Part shown: positions 10,379 to 21,100 of the stretch, piece after piece
Numbering within the stretch: the first letter of the stretch is position 1
Layout of the letters: each line of letters opens with the position of its first letter
IMG/VR virus record: IMGVR_UViG_3300029309_000008
Coordinates: 25,757-89,756 of that record
Length of the DNA: 64,000 nucleotides
DNA from: a virus
Direction: 5' to 3' (one strand)
Position numbers and translations under genes: made by a program
Notes under the pieces: generated by a model
Seen by the model: the letters and a program-made list of their open reading frames with translations, nothing else
The model's database searches: none
What the model was told of the DNA's origin: nothing

Positions 10379-11291
10379 TTTAACTTCTAGTAATTATTTT
10401 AAAGACAACCCTCAATTAGTAGATGAGGCATCTATCGCTAGGTGGGTGTTTTTGAAATTAAAAAACTTTGGGAGAAACGTTATGGATAAGTATGAGAGAG
10501 TTATCCACGTTGATAACTATAGAGCAGAACTTCCAGAAAATTTTGCATCCCTTTTCTTAGCTGTATTTTGTGAACCACATTTAATTAGTATGCCAGAGGA
10601 TACTGAACCACTTAGAGTTCAGTCTAGACTGTACGCAGAAAAAATCAGCTGCCCTGAAGAAAGCATTTGTACTGACTGCCTACCAACTTGTAAAGAGGGA
10701 AGTTGTGTAGACAGAGTAGTAGAGAATTTATATTTAGACCCCACTACAAACGTAAACGTCCTTTACAGGAATCCTGTTTATGTAAAAATAGGTAGTGACT
10801 TGATTAGAAGCCAATGTGAGGCTAACTGTATAAATCGTCATGTAAAAGACAGCCCATATTCGATGAATATAAAAGGAAAGACAGTATACGCTAACTTCAA
10901 GAAAGGGGCTATCTACCTTCAATACTATGGATTACCGATGGATGACAATTGTCTTCCTGTTATTCCTATAACACCTAACGGATACTTAGAAGAATACCTA
11001 GAGTATTACGTCAAAAGAAAAATATTGGAAGATGCAATGCTATCTGACGATACCACTAATAAACAATACATATATAGTTCATACATACAACAAGAAACTG
11101 ATTTACACGCTAAGGCTAAAGCTGATACTTCTAAAATTGATATGGTTGCTTTGTTTAAAGCTATGGGCAACAACAGGTTTAGAATGCATAAATACGATGT
11201 TTATCTAGGTGCGTTGAAAACTAATTATGTTGATTCGGGACCAGCCGTAGGATTCGGTACGTTCCAGAACCCTAATCCATTTCGATTCTAA
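10335..11291 (+). CDS. tail tubular (ring) protein, crAss-like
   Basis: NYRAELP and NFKKG-x-IYLQYYG-x-P-x-D-x-x-x-LP-x-IP motifs; immediately upstream of the muzzle gene. Confidence 0.65.
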   Translation: MEKSTYIPLEEFIADLTSSNYFKDNPQLVDEASIARWVFLKLKNFGRNVMDKYERVIHVDNYRAELPENFASLFLAVFCEPHLISMPEDTEPLRVQSRLYAEKISCPEESICTDCLPTCKEGSCVDRVVENLYLDPTTNVNVLYRNPVYVKIGSDLIRSQCEANCINRHVKDSPYSMNIKGKTVYANFKKGAIYLQYYGLPMDDNCLPVIPITPNGYLEEYLEYYVKRKILEDAMLSDDTTNKQYIYSSYIQQETDLHAKAKADTSKIDMVALFKAMGNNRFRMHKYDVYLGALKTNYVDSGPAVGFGTFQNPNPFRF

Positions 11292-14200
11292 TGGCTAAGA
11301 GTAACAAAAGAATAGACAGACAGATAGGTGCACCCAAGCAGGGTATGAATAAGGATGTGCATCCCGCATCCTTAGACGAAAAAACCTACACACATGCCCT
11401 CAATGCAAACTATGAGGGACAGGATGGAGATATTGTTAACCTTCAAAATGAAGAAAGCAACATACTTTGTTCAAAGTTTAAACCAGGCTTTAAAGTAGTA
11501 GGACACCAAATTGACATCACAGGGGAAAGAACATATTTCTTTTTAGTTGATGATTCTACAACTCCCCCTCGCTCTGAGATAGGATTTATAGAGGACCTGG
11601 GTAAGCAAATTAATTTTACTGACACAGTAATTAAATGTGGGTGTAGTATAGAGGCTGTTCTATCTGATGGTTTAGAAAATCAAGTTCAAAGTGAGACCTG
11701 TACTTATACTACCTTAATAGCTGATTACGAATGTCCTAATGGCTTGACTCCTAATCACTGTCTAAATTTTAACATAAACTATCCAATATCGTCAGTACTA
11801 AAAGACGACAAGTTGGGGAAGATACTGTATTTTACAGATGACCTTAACCCCAGAAGAAGAATAGAACTAGATAACATTTCTCAGTACTACAAAACTCCTG
11901 TTGTTTGTGCCGATGATGCGGATGCTTGCATCAATTGTGGGCTAATGGATATGCTTCCAGAGACACCACCACTTTGCATCGATGTAGAAGGCACAGTAAT
12001 AGGTGGGGATGTTGACCATGGGGTGTATGCTTTTTTTGCAGGGTATTGTGATGGAGAGGGTAATATGGTTAGAGACTACTCCGCTTCTACAAATACCTTT
12101 TCAGTTAAAGACCCTAATAAGGATATTTATACTCAGCCTGAATTAGATATTCCTACAAACTTCTCTATAAAACTTAATATAAATAATCTAGATACACAAT
12201 TTGAATTTTACCAAGTAGCTGTAGTGGCTATTAAGGAGGTCAATGGTGCAAAGTCTTATTATAGTTTAGGAGTTTTTCCAACATCGAATCAAGAAGTTTT
12301 ATTCTCTGGATTAGAAACTTTACCACAGGAAAATAGGTTAGGCCTTTTTGAAATTACCCAAACTGTGCCAGAATACATCAAAGCTAAGTTTGTAACAAAC
12401 ACAAACAACACCCTTTACTTTGGGGACCTGGAGGGCAGGCCAGACCCTAACCTTCAGCCAGTTGTAAACTTTATGGGACAGTTTGCCAAGTGGCGAACTT
12501 TTATGGCAGAAGAAGACCTTTACAGTACTTCTTATGGTACAGGTAATTTTAAAGGATATATGCGAGACGAAGTTGTTCCTTTTGGAATTAGGTTCGTAAC
12601 TAAAAAAGGCTACAAGACTCCAATCTATCCTTTGATAGCAAGAGTAGCAGATGCAACTAGCGATTTATACTTTGATGATATATCTTCTGGAAGTATACCT
12701 TCTCACCAAGCTGACCCAACGGCTTGTATCGCAGCTATAAAAAGTTCTATCAACTTACCTACAGCAGCTAGCACACGTAAGTGGATAAAAGACGTTTACT
12801 CAACATTAAGGTATGGTAATGAAAACTGTAATGATGAAGAGAGAGTGTACAAGTGGCAGTACTACAACACCGCAGTAGAACAGAGAAGAGATATCGATGA
12901 TTGTGCAACGGTAAGTTCTACAACAGTTAAAAGAGATATAGAAAAGGTTTGTTCTCAAGAAGAAAACACTATACTAGGTACTTCTGTAGGTATACCTAAT
13001 GATAACACCACGGCATTAAGACTTGATTTCACAGAGGACGGAACTGTACCTGAGTTTGAAACTCCTCCTTGTGACCCCACGACTGACCCCACTTGCCCGT
13101 GTCCAGTAGGTATTGAGGTAGAAGGATTTTTTACAGGGTTTGCTGATTATGTTCAAAATAATCAATCCGTCTTTGAAGACATTGCAAATGATTCTACTGG
13201 TCTATATGGTGCAACTCAAAAACTACTAGCAAGTTACTTTATTTTAGATAATTATAAAGAAGGAGGCATACATGCACTCGACTGTTGTGATGTAGGGTTT
13301 GATAGTAGCGTTTGTGGCACGCCTACTAAAATATCTGAATTCATAGAAGTTTTAGGATTAGAGACAAGGGCTCCCTGTGCTAAGATAGTTTATGAAGAGT
13401 GCTCATATTATGATAGGCCTCCTGAATCAGATATCTGTTTTAACTATGCAATAGACCCTACCAATGGTGATAACAAAAACATAAATATTCAATGTGCTTA
13501 TGATGTAAAGGGGGACAATACCCAACGTTGCGAGAATGATTGTGGAGATGGTGCTAAAAATTATTTATTTACTTATGAATTTTTTGTAGGTGTAAGAAAA
13601 AAGAAAGATAAATATAATTTAGTATTTGATAGAACAACTCCCGTTTCTGGAGGAAGCAGTTGTAACAATTCCTCTAGTCTTCCATTAAGCTTTAATGAGT
13701 ATGATTCTGCATTTACCACACACATTACTCCTGATTTTCCTGATATTGAAATAGTTGAAAATGACGGGACCACTTCAGACGAAGATGCCAGGTACATTAG
13801 TAAACATATAAATAGCCAAGAAGCACAAGTCAAACAGTTAATGGACAAAGACTTTATAGCTGGTTATGGTTATGGGGAGGTAGACCCTAGACAAAATACT
13901 AATCCAGGAAGCAGAAGAAAGAAAAAATTCTGTGCAAAGGCAAAAAATGACATTTATTTAGGGCTTCCTGAGAATGCAGGGCCATTTGATAATTCAGATA
14001 ACGTATCAGGACCTGGTATTTTCTTTAATGGGGGGAGTGCAGGTTTTCCATTAGTAGATGGAGTAGATTATGGCAGAGTTCACAATAATGCTGTATGGTA
14101 TAAATTAGCTGTGGGTTCGAATAATAAAATTTATTTTGCTGTTTCTAGACAAAATGATTTTCCCTCTGACAACGATAAGAAAGACTGTTTATGGTATCCT

Positions 14201-17200
14201 GAAATAGCAAGAGTCAGTTTCTTTGTAAACTGTGATGGAGACATCTTTGAAAATTTCACACTTTGTGCTAATCCTTCTGAAAAGAATTTAAACTCCACGA
14301 AAGTAGATTTAGATGGGCCTGATGGAGTTATAGAGCTTGATATAAAAGCGGCTCTTGACTCTGGTGCGTTTCCAGGGGGTATATCAGAAATTTATGTTGC
14401 TGTAGACACACCAGTTGTGAGGGCTGAACAACGTCCAGGACAAGCCAATTCTTGTTTTTATCCTGGGGGATTGGGAGATAAGGAACATACAGATAAAGCT
14501 GGTGGCAGCGGTCAAAATATTTACTATTATAGTTCTGGTACAAACTGTTTTGTAGTCAAAGCTTATAACCAAGCCATAGATTATATTGAGGCTTACTTGG
14601 CACCCACACAACTAATTTTAGAAAAAACTTGTACTTTCAAAAGTAGTTGCACACTATCTGTTTACGATACTTTAAAGTGTGACCCTTTCTTTAGAAGTGA
14701 AGGTATATTTTCATATTGGGAATCAACTAACATCTACCCCGATAATGATTTTCTATATAACAGTAAAAATCAAATAACTAATATCGCTAACTTGGACTTA
14801 GGTAGTGCAGATGCAAATAATGAGTTCAATAATATATATGTAACGGGTGGAGAATTAAACGACAAGGCTAACTTTGCGTGTAAACCGATTAGACACTTTA
14901 AGTTCCCTGATGTAAACATTTCTCCAATGTTTGGGGCTGATACGTTCTTCAATGCCCAGCCTGTTCCTTTTGTACCATCTAAAATTTATCCAATAGGCTT
15001 CCATATTGATAACAATATTATCAATGGATTCTTGGATTTAGCCGTAGATAATACTTTAATCACTCAAGAGTTTAGGGATTCAATCACTAACTACGAAATA
15101 TTTAGAGGGGATGTCAGACTAAATAAGTCTATTATTTCTAAAGGTGTTCTCTACGATATGTACAAACACGTAGACGAGGATACCAACGATACATCTTATT
15201 TTAGTAACTTTCCTTACAATGATTTATCAGATAATAAACTACTTTACAGAAAAGAAAACAGGAAGAAGTTTATAGAGCATCCATTTAAGAATGATTTAAA
15301 ATCAAACAACAGGTTTACATTCCATTCTCCTAACACATCGTTTGACAGAGACTTGTTGCCTTTTGAAATGTATGTTGAAACTGATTTTGTAGGGTATAGT
15401 AGAGGTGCATTCGCAAAAGTAGAGGACCATCCGAAGTATACAGTCCTCGCACCAAGAGCCTACAGAATAGCTAGATTCTTAGCAGCAGCTGAAACAACAT
15501 TAGACTTTTTAACAAACTTAAGTTCGGCATTAATACAAGTGGGTCTTGCTGGTAATGTGGGTACAACTACCAACGTTTTACAGCCTGTAGCATGGGTAGC
15601 ATTTGGTCTATACACAGGACAAGCACTTATAAACTTAGTACCACAAGGTAAACAGAATACATCTAAGTGGTTAACTATATTTAGAACTTTAGGAAATGAC
15701 AGAAACTTCGCCAATTACTACTCTTCAGTAGGATTCTACAATGGTATGTATATACCCCCTTCACAAGAGGGCGACAAATTAAGAGGGCTAAGAGAAAAGT
15801 TATATATTGATAATGGTAGATACCGTGTCGATGAGATAGATGAAGATAGTAATATTATCATCAACAACTTTAACAGAGAGTCTTCAGTTTATTTAAGTCT
15901 TGGTGTAGAAAAGGATTCATCAGGCAACGTTAGACATAATTTTAATCTTGATAAGTCACCTGCTATTAGAAACTACGATAATAGTAGATTCATAGCATCG
16001 GACAAAGGGTGCTTTAAGGGAGCTGTATCAAGGGAGTATGAAGCACCTATCTCTTCCCCTTATGTTTCACTTAAACGATTCTTGCCTGGACAGTATGGAG
16101 GTATTAGTAGTGTAAGTTGGTTTGATACCGCATATTGTGGAGACCTTACAAAAACTAATTCTTGTGAAGCTGCCTTTGGTGGAGATACGTTTATAAGTAG
16201 GATGTACCTCAAAAGAAAGTTTTCGCTTTTCTCTACGCCAGCTTTGATAGGTAAAAACGGTACAGGAGACAATGTGCCTTATGAGTACTCTATTTATAGA
16301 AATGTAGGCTACCCTAGATTCTTCTTAGACTATCTGATGGATGGAGAAGATGATGTTACAATTTATGGTAACATCCCTAACTTAAGGTCAAATTTTGAAT
16401 TTGATTGTACAAATAGTAAGGGGTTGTACATGAAGCCCCCATCAAAGTTCTACTTGTTCTACTATGGTATACCTGGATTTTTGGTAGAGTCTAGAATTAA
16501 TCTTAACTTCCGTTATGGTAGAAATAATTCTGATAAATTCTTTTATCCAGGAACTAGGGATTACTTAGGGTGGACTCAAGAAAACTATGTGTCTGTACGT
16601 GAGGGAGAAGAGTTTTCATACAATGAGAACTACAGTAAAAACAATGATATCTCTGATGCATTTGTTCTTCCTGATAACTACGACCCAGCCATATGGAATG
16701 CACAGTATGATAATTATGATAGAGTAATATTCTCACTACCTGATAACAATGAGTCTAACAGAATTGACAACTTTAGATATTTCCTATCTAATAACTACCA
16801 TGACTTTGGTAATAAGTATGGCAGACTGGTAGACTTGGCTAATATAGAGTCAGATAAAGTACTTGTTCGTTTTGAAAATGGAGCATCTATATTTAATTCT
16901 TATAATGTTTTACGTGGCCAAAATCAATCCGACCCTAATTATGCGGTGAATCCTCAAGAAAACAGAACAATACTCAAGAGTAAACCTAGTGAGTTCTTTA
17001 GAACAGAGTTAGGCTACGGAGGTACTCAACACAGAGCTTTAGTTTCTTGTCAGCTGGGGCACTTTTGGACTGATGCTAAAAGAGGGAGAGTATACCAGTT
17101 AAGTCCTAACGGAACGTCTTGGGATGAAATATCTAACAAGGGTATGAAAAACTGGTTTAGAGAAAACTTGCCTTTCCGTATTAAAACTCAGTTTAAGGAT

Positions 17201-18172
17201 ATCCCAGATGATATGCTTGACAATACTATGGATGGGCTAGGAATAGCTATGACATGGGATGACAGGTATATGCGTTTATTCTTAACCAAGTTAGATTCAA
17301 AGGTAAAATCAAGCATTACGATTTGGACAGGAGATGATTCTCTAGCTCCTAATAACAGTATGAGAATCAAAGACTTAGACTTTATCTATAGAAATGATTT
17401 AGGAGTTGATTCTGTTGTAAACCCTCAAGACCCTACGTATTTTGATTTAGCTTCTTGGACGACAGCTTATAGTCCTGTAATTAAGGGGTGGGTATCTTTT
17501 TACTCTTTCACGCCTAACTATTATGTAAGTCATCAGAACTATTTCTCTTCTGGTCTTAATCCTCTTGTAAGTGGGACAAGAAAAGGTAGTACTGCAGGAA
17601 TATGGAATCACTTACTTGGTAGTAACCAAACATTCCAAGTATTCTATGGTTCTAGGCACTCGTGGATTATTGAAACTGTCGCTAAAACTAATTATCAAAG
17701 TAAGCTATATGAAGACTTTAGCTATAGGCTAAATGTTAGAAGATATGTGAATGAGTATGATTACCATTACTTCGATGAAAACTTCGATAAGATGGTTCTG
17801 TACAATGACAGAGAGTCTTCAGGATTATTAAGACTAGTGACTCAAGAGCCTAATAGTTTGAAACAACTTATTGATTTCCCTAAGTTCACTTCTACAGGTA
17901 TTGACATTATAGCCACAAATCAGGATTATACTTGGTCAGTTAACTACTTTTTCGATAATTTAAAAGAAAATCATACACAACCTATTTGGACTAATGCTCT
18001 AAATAATGTAGATAAGGATTTAAACAATGAAGCATTCAACTACAACCCTTCATTCAAAAACCATATTAGAGGTCAATACTTACTAATAAGAATGGAGCAG
18101 AGTAAAGAATCAAGACTTAAGTTTATATTTGAACACTTTATATCAGACTCATTAATGTACGATGCCTACTAA
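11291..18172 (+). CDS. tail stabilization / muzzle protein (P22 gp10-like, crAss-type)
   Basis: GMNKD...Y-x-HALNA N-terminus, LYFTDDLNPRR, GYMRDEV-x-x-FGI, PIRHFKFPD, FGGDTFI, W-x-SFYSF-x-P. Confidence 0.8.
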   Translation: MAKSNKRIDRQIGAPKQGMNKDVHPASLDEKTYTHALNANYEGQDGDIVNLQNEESNILCSKFKPGFKVVGHQIDITGERTYFFLVDDSTTPPRSEIGFIEDLGKQINFTDTVIKCGCSIEAVLSDGLENQVQSETCTYTTLIADYECPNGLTPNHCLNFNINYPISSVLKDDKLGKILYFTDDLNPRRRIELDNISQYYKTPVVCADDADACINCGLMDMLPETPPLCIDVEGTVIGGDVDHGVYAFFAGYCDGEGNMVRDYSASTNTFSVKDPNKDIYTQPELDIPTNFSIKLNINNLDTQFEFYQVAVVAIKEVNGAKSYYSLGVFPTSNQEVLFSGLETLPQENRLGLFEITQTVPEYIKAKFVTNTNNTLYFGDLEGRPDPNLQPVVNFMGQFAKWRTFMAEEDLYSTSYGTGNFKGYMRDEVVPFGIRFVTKKGYKTPIYPLIARVADATSDLYFDDISSGSIPSHQADPTACIAAIKSSINLPTAASTRKWIKDVYSTLRYGNENCNDEERVYKWQYYNTAVEQRRDIDDCATVSSTTVKRDIEKVCSQEENTILGTSVGIPNDNTTALRLDFTEDGTVPEFETPPCDPTTDPTCPCPVGIEVEGFFTGFADYVQNNQSVFEDIANDSTGLYGATQKLLASYFILDNYKEGGIHALDCCDVGFDSSVCGTPTKISEFIEVLGLETRAPCAKIVYEECSYYDRPPESDICFNYAIDPTNGDNKNINIQCAYDVKGDNTQRCENDCGDGAKNYLFTYEFFVGVRKKKDKYNLVFDRTTPVSGGSSCNNSSSLPLSFNEYDSAFTTHITPDFPDIEIVENDGTTSDEDARYISKHINSQEAQVKQLMDKDFIAGYGYGEVDPRQNTNPGSRRKKKFCAKAKNDIYLGLPENAGPFDNSDNVSGPGIFFNGGSAGFPLVDGVDYGRVHNNAVWYKLAVGSNNKIYFAVSRQNDFPSDNDKKDCLWYPEIARVSFFVNCDGDIFENFTLCANPSEKNLNSTKVDLDGPDGVIELDIKAALDSGAFPGGISEIYVAVDTPVVRAEQRPGQANSCFYPGGLGDKEHTDKAGGSGQNIYYYSSGTNCFVVKAYNQAIDYIEAYLAPTQLILEKTCTFKSSCTLSVYDTLKCDPFFRSEGIFSYWESTNIYPDNDFLYNSKNQITNIANLDLGSADANNEFNNIYVTGGELNDKANFACKPIRHFKFPDVNISPMFGADTFFNAQPVPFVPSKIYPIGFHIDNNIINGFLDLAVDNTLITQEFRDSITNYEIFRGDVRLNKSIISKGVLYDMYKHVDEDTNDTSYFSNFPYNDLSDNKLLYRKENRKKFIEHPFKNDLKSNNRFTFHSPNTSFDRDLLPFEMYVETDFVGYSRGAFAKVEDHPKYTVLAPRAYRIARFLAAAETTLDFLTNLSSALIQVGLAGNVGTTTNVLQPVAWVAFGLYTGQALINLVPQGKQNTSKWLTIFRTLGNDRNFANYYSSVGFYNGMYIPPSQEGDKLRGLREKLYIDNGRYRVDEIDEDSNIIINNFNRESSVYLSLGVEKDSSGNVRHNFNLDKSPAIRNYDNSRFIASDKGCFKGAVSREYEAPISSPYVSLKRFLPGQYGGISSVSWFDTAYCGDLTKTNSCEAAFGGDTFISRMYLKRKFSLFSTPALIGKNGTGDNVPYEYSIYRNVGYPRFFLDYLMDGEDDVTIYGNIPNLRSNFEFDCTNSKGLYMKPPSKFYLFYYGIPGFLVESRINLNFRYGRNNSDKFFYPGTRDYLGWTQENYVSVREGEEFSYNENYSKNNDISDAFVLPDNYDPAIWNAQYDNYDRVIFSLPDNNESNRIDNFRYFLSNNYHDFGNKYGRLVDLANIESDKVLVRFENGASIFNSYNVLRGQNQSDPNYAVNPQENRTILKSKPSEFFRTELGYGGTQHRALVSCQLGHFWTDAKRGRVYQLSPNGTSWDEISNKGMKNWFRENLPFRIKTQFKDIPDDMLDNTMDGLGIAMTWDDRYMRLFLTKLDSKVKSSITIWTGDDSLAPNNSMRIKDLDFIYRNDLGVDSVVNPQDPTYFDLASWTTAYSPVIKGWVSFYSFTPNYYVSHQNYFSSGLNPLVSGTRKGSTAGIWNHLLGSNQTFQVFYGSRHSWIIETVAKTNYQSKLYEDFSYRLNVRRYVNEYDYHYFDENFDKMVLYNDRESSGLLRLVTQEPNSLKQLIDFPKFTSTGIDIIATNQDYTWSVNYFFDNLKENHTQPIWTNALNNVDKDLNNEAFNYNPSFKNHIRGQYLLIRMEQSKESRLKFIFEHFISDSLMYDAY

Positions 18173-21100
18173 AAAAAATAACATACCAAAAGGAGGATTC
18201 ATAAGAAACCAAGATGCAGACAGAAAGCAAGAAATCCTAGATTTATTTATTAAAGAGACCAATGAATACGGTGCTCCTAATTATAATGCTACAGCCGAAT
18301 TCCCAAGTCCTATATACGAAGATGCTTACCAAGCGGCCATAGACTACCAGATAGAAATGTTAAACTCGCCTAGAGGCCAAGAGATGTTAAGGCAGGAAAC
18401 GGCAAGAAATTTTTTATTTAATAGAGATAAAAGAAATGAAAGAGCTTTTCAAGAAACTTTTGATGCAAGGTTACGTAATTTAGAAAATGCTAGAAGTTCA
18501 TTATTATTTGCACCAGAAATAGCTGGCACTGCATATGGGATGGCATTTCCAGATGGGGAAAACACTGTCGTTCTTACACAGGAATTAAGAGGGATACCAT
18601 ACACCGTTCCAAATATGTATAGTCCAGATGATTTAATGTTTACAATGGTGCATGAGGCTGACCATGTTGAAAAGGGGTCTGATTTTAATACAGAAGGTTT
18701 TAATTTTTTTGATGCCAATTTACAACCTAAAGCTTTTGAAAAAGTCAGGCTAACACAACGTAAGACAAAGGATGCTCTAGAAAACCTTGATGCCCAATTT
18801 GGAGGAGGATATCAGAGACAAACTGGTATGACCAAAGAAGATTTTTTATCTAATTACAAAAACAAAAAGAAAGGAGAAAAGGCTTATTATTTTGGAGAAA
18901 ATAACCCTGACAAAAAAGTAGAGGGGCATATACCCCTAGTAGAACTATATGATTTTGATTGGGCTACTAACCCTGACGAAGTGTCGTCTCAAATAGTTGA
19001 ACTTCAATTTCTTTCATCTCGGATAGGAATATACGACCCCAAAACAGAAGAATTTAACGAATCGCATTTGAAGAAACTAGAGCAATTAGTAAATTCAAAA
19101 CAGGTCCCTCGAACAGTTTTTAGGACTTTTAAAAACCTTAAGGGTATCTACGAAGATGATAACTTAATAGATATTATGAATCTTATCTCACAGGACAACT
19201 CCATGACAGACCAAACTAATATGACATACGCCCAAAACGGAGGGTATTCTAGACATCAAGATGATATACCAATACTTGACCCTAACCTTCCCATTAGCAG
19301 TCAAGCTAGTGGATATACACAATCCAGCGAAGCAGATAGAATATCTATTCAAGATGCAATGAATCAGGCTAATGCTCAGAGAGAAGAGGATAGGGCAAGG
19401 CTAGAATATTTGAAAAAACTTGATGATGAAGCTAGAGCATTAGGTTTTAATAATTATGCAGAATATTCACAAGCAAAAGGTAAAGAAAATAAAGCGGTAG
19501 TAGACAATACTTTCACAACACAGGCTTCTGATTTAGGTATGTATGATAGTTATCTACCTAATATAGATATAATAGAAGAACAAGGACCACAAAAATTTTT
19601 AGGAAGTGAGTTTCTAGGAGATTTATTTCCATTTGGAGGTGCAGAAATCATACCAGGTCCAAGTGAGGGTATAGATTTTGCAATGGGTGTAGATGCGGTA
19701 GACAGAGGAGCTTACGGAGAGGCAGCAGCTCATGCTGCAGGGTTTATTTTTCCTTTTGTAACGGGAAAGGGAATATTAAATTTTGCAAAAAAATATTTTG
19801 GAAAGTCAACACCACCAGTAGCAAGAAAAAATATTGCACGAGAGGGTGAGAATTTTGTAAGAATAGAAGTGCCCGTTGACCGCTTAGATGAAACTACTAA
19901 TGTTATAACACCTGGTGCCAGAAGTACAAGTCCATCTGTTGCTAGTGGAACAAACGCACCTGGCAGAGCTTCTGTTCATTTAGGAGAAGTGCCTTATTAC
20001 AATAATCCTAATAAAATGCTAAATAATGAAGCACAGTTGGCAGCTTTATCAAATATGAAAAGTCAAGGTAGATACCTAGATGATATTAATTTTAGTAGCT
20101 CTAATTTAAATCCAGGAGATGTTAATTATGTTGGTACTTCAGGTGGAAGACCTGTAGTATCTGTTCAAGTTCCTGGTCCAGATGGTAATATGTCAACTCA
20201 ATATTTTTATAAGTCAACTGGTTTAGGGGGTAAGACTGTAAGAGATGCTGACGGAGTAGTTAGAAGTACGGAAGGCATGTGGCAACCTTTTGGAGGCTTT
20301 GCAAATATAAACATGCATGGACTTCCCCCAGACAAAGAAATACAATGGTTTATAAAAGGTGCGGGATATAAAGATTTTTATGGAAGTAACGCTTTTGAAA
20401 ATATAGCAGAAAATTTAGATGATTTAACAAAGAATCAATTTCGTTATTATGATAGGGCTAATAATCAGTTTGGTCCTAATCCTATAAATAAACAGCAAGG
20501 GGGTTCAGTTAAATTTATGCAAGGAGGTACGATGGGAAGACATCAGGAACAATTTATTGTTAACCCTGATGGAGAGACTACCCCACTAACCGATAGAGGG
20601 TTTTACTATAATAGAGCTCTGGGCAGCAACGTAGGCGGCCAATCAGCTTACTCTGCCCCATCTCCAGGGGGTGGAGGTTTTCTTGGGTCCGCTACTAAAG
20701 ATATGACCCAAGCAGATGTAGTACGTCAGAATATAGTAAAAGATGAGGTAGAAGCTCAAATTGATAGAGACAATCAAAGACAAAGGGAGATAGACAGGGG
20801 AACCCTGCCTGCTTACTCTTTTAACAAAAGATATGGTAAAGATACAGAAACTCTAAATGGGTATGCACCTGGAACCCCAGGACACACCTTTGCTATGTAT
20901 GGACAGGACATAAACCTTTACAGATATGGTGACAATACTGCGGAAGAAAACCGTCAATTAGTAAACGAACTAGAGCAAATATTTAGAGAAAATGGATTAG
21001 GGTATAGTGAGGAATTAAATCAAAGTTTAAAAGCATTTAGAGATAGAGCTTATCATAATTATCTTGTTAAAAATAAAGATGTGCTTGATGGATATTACGC

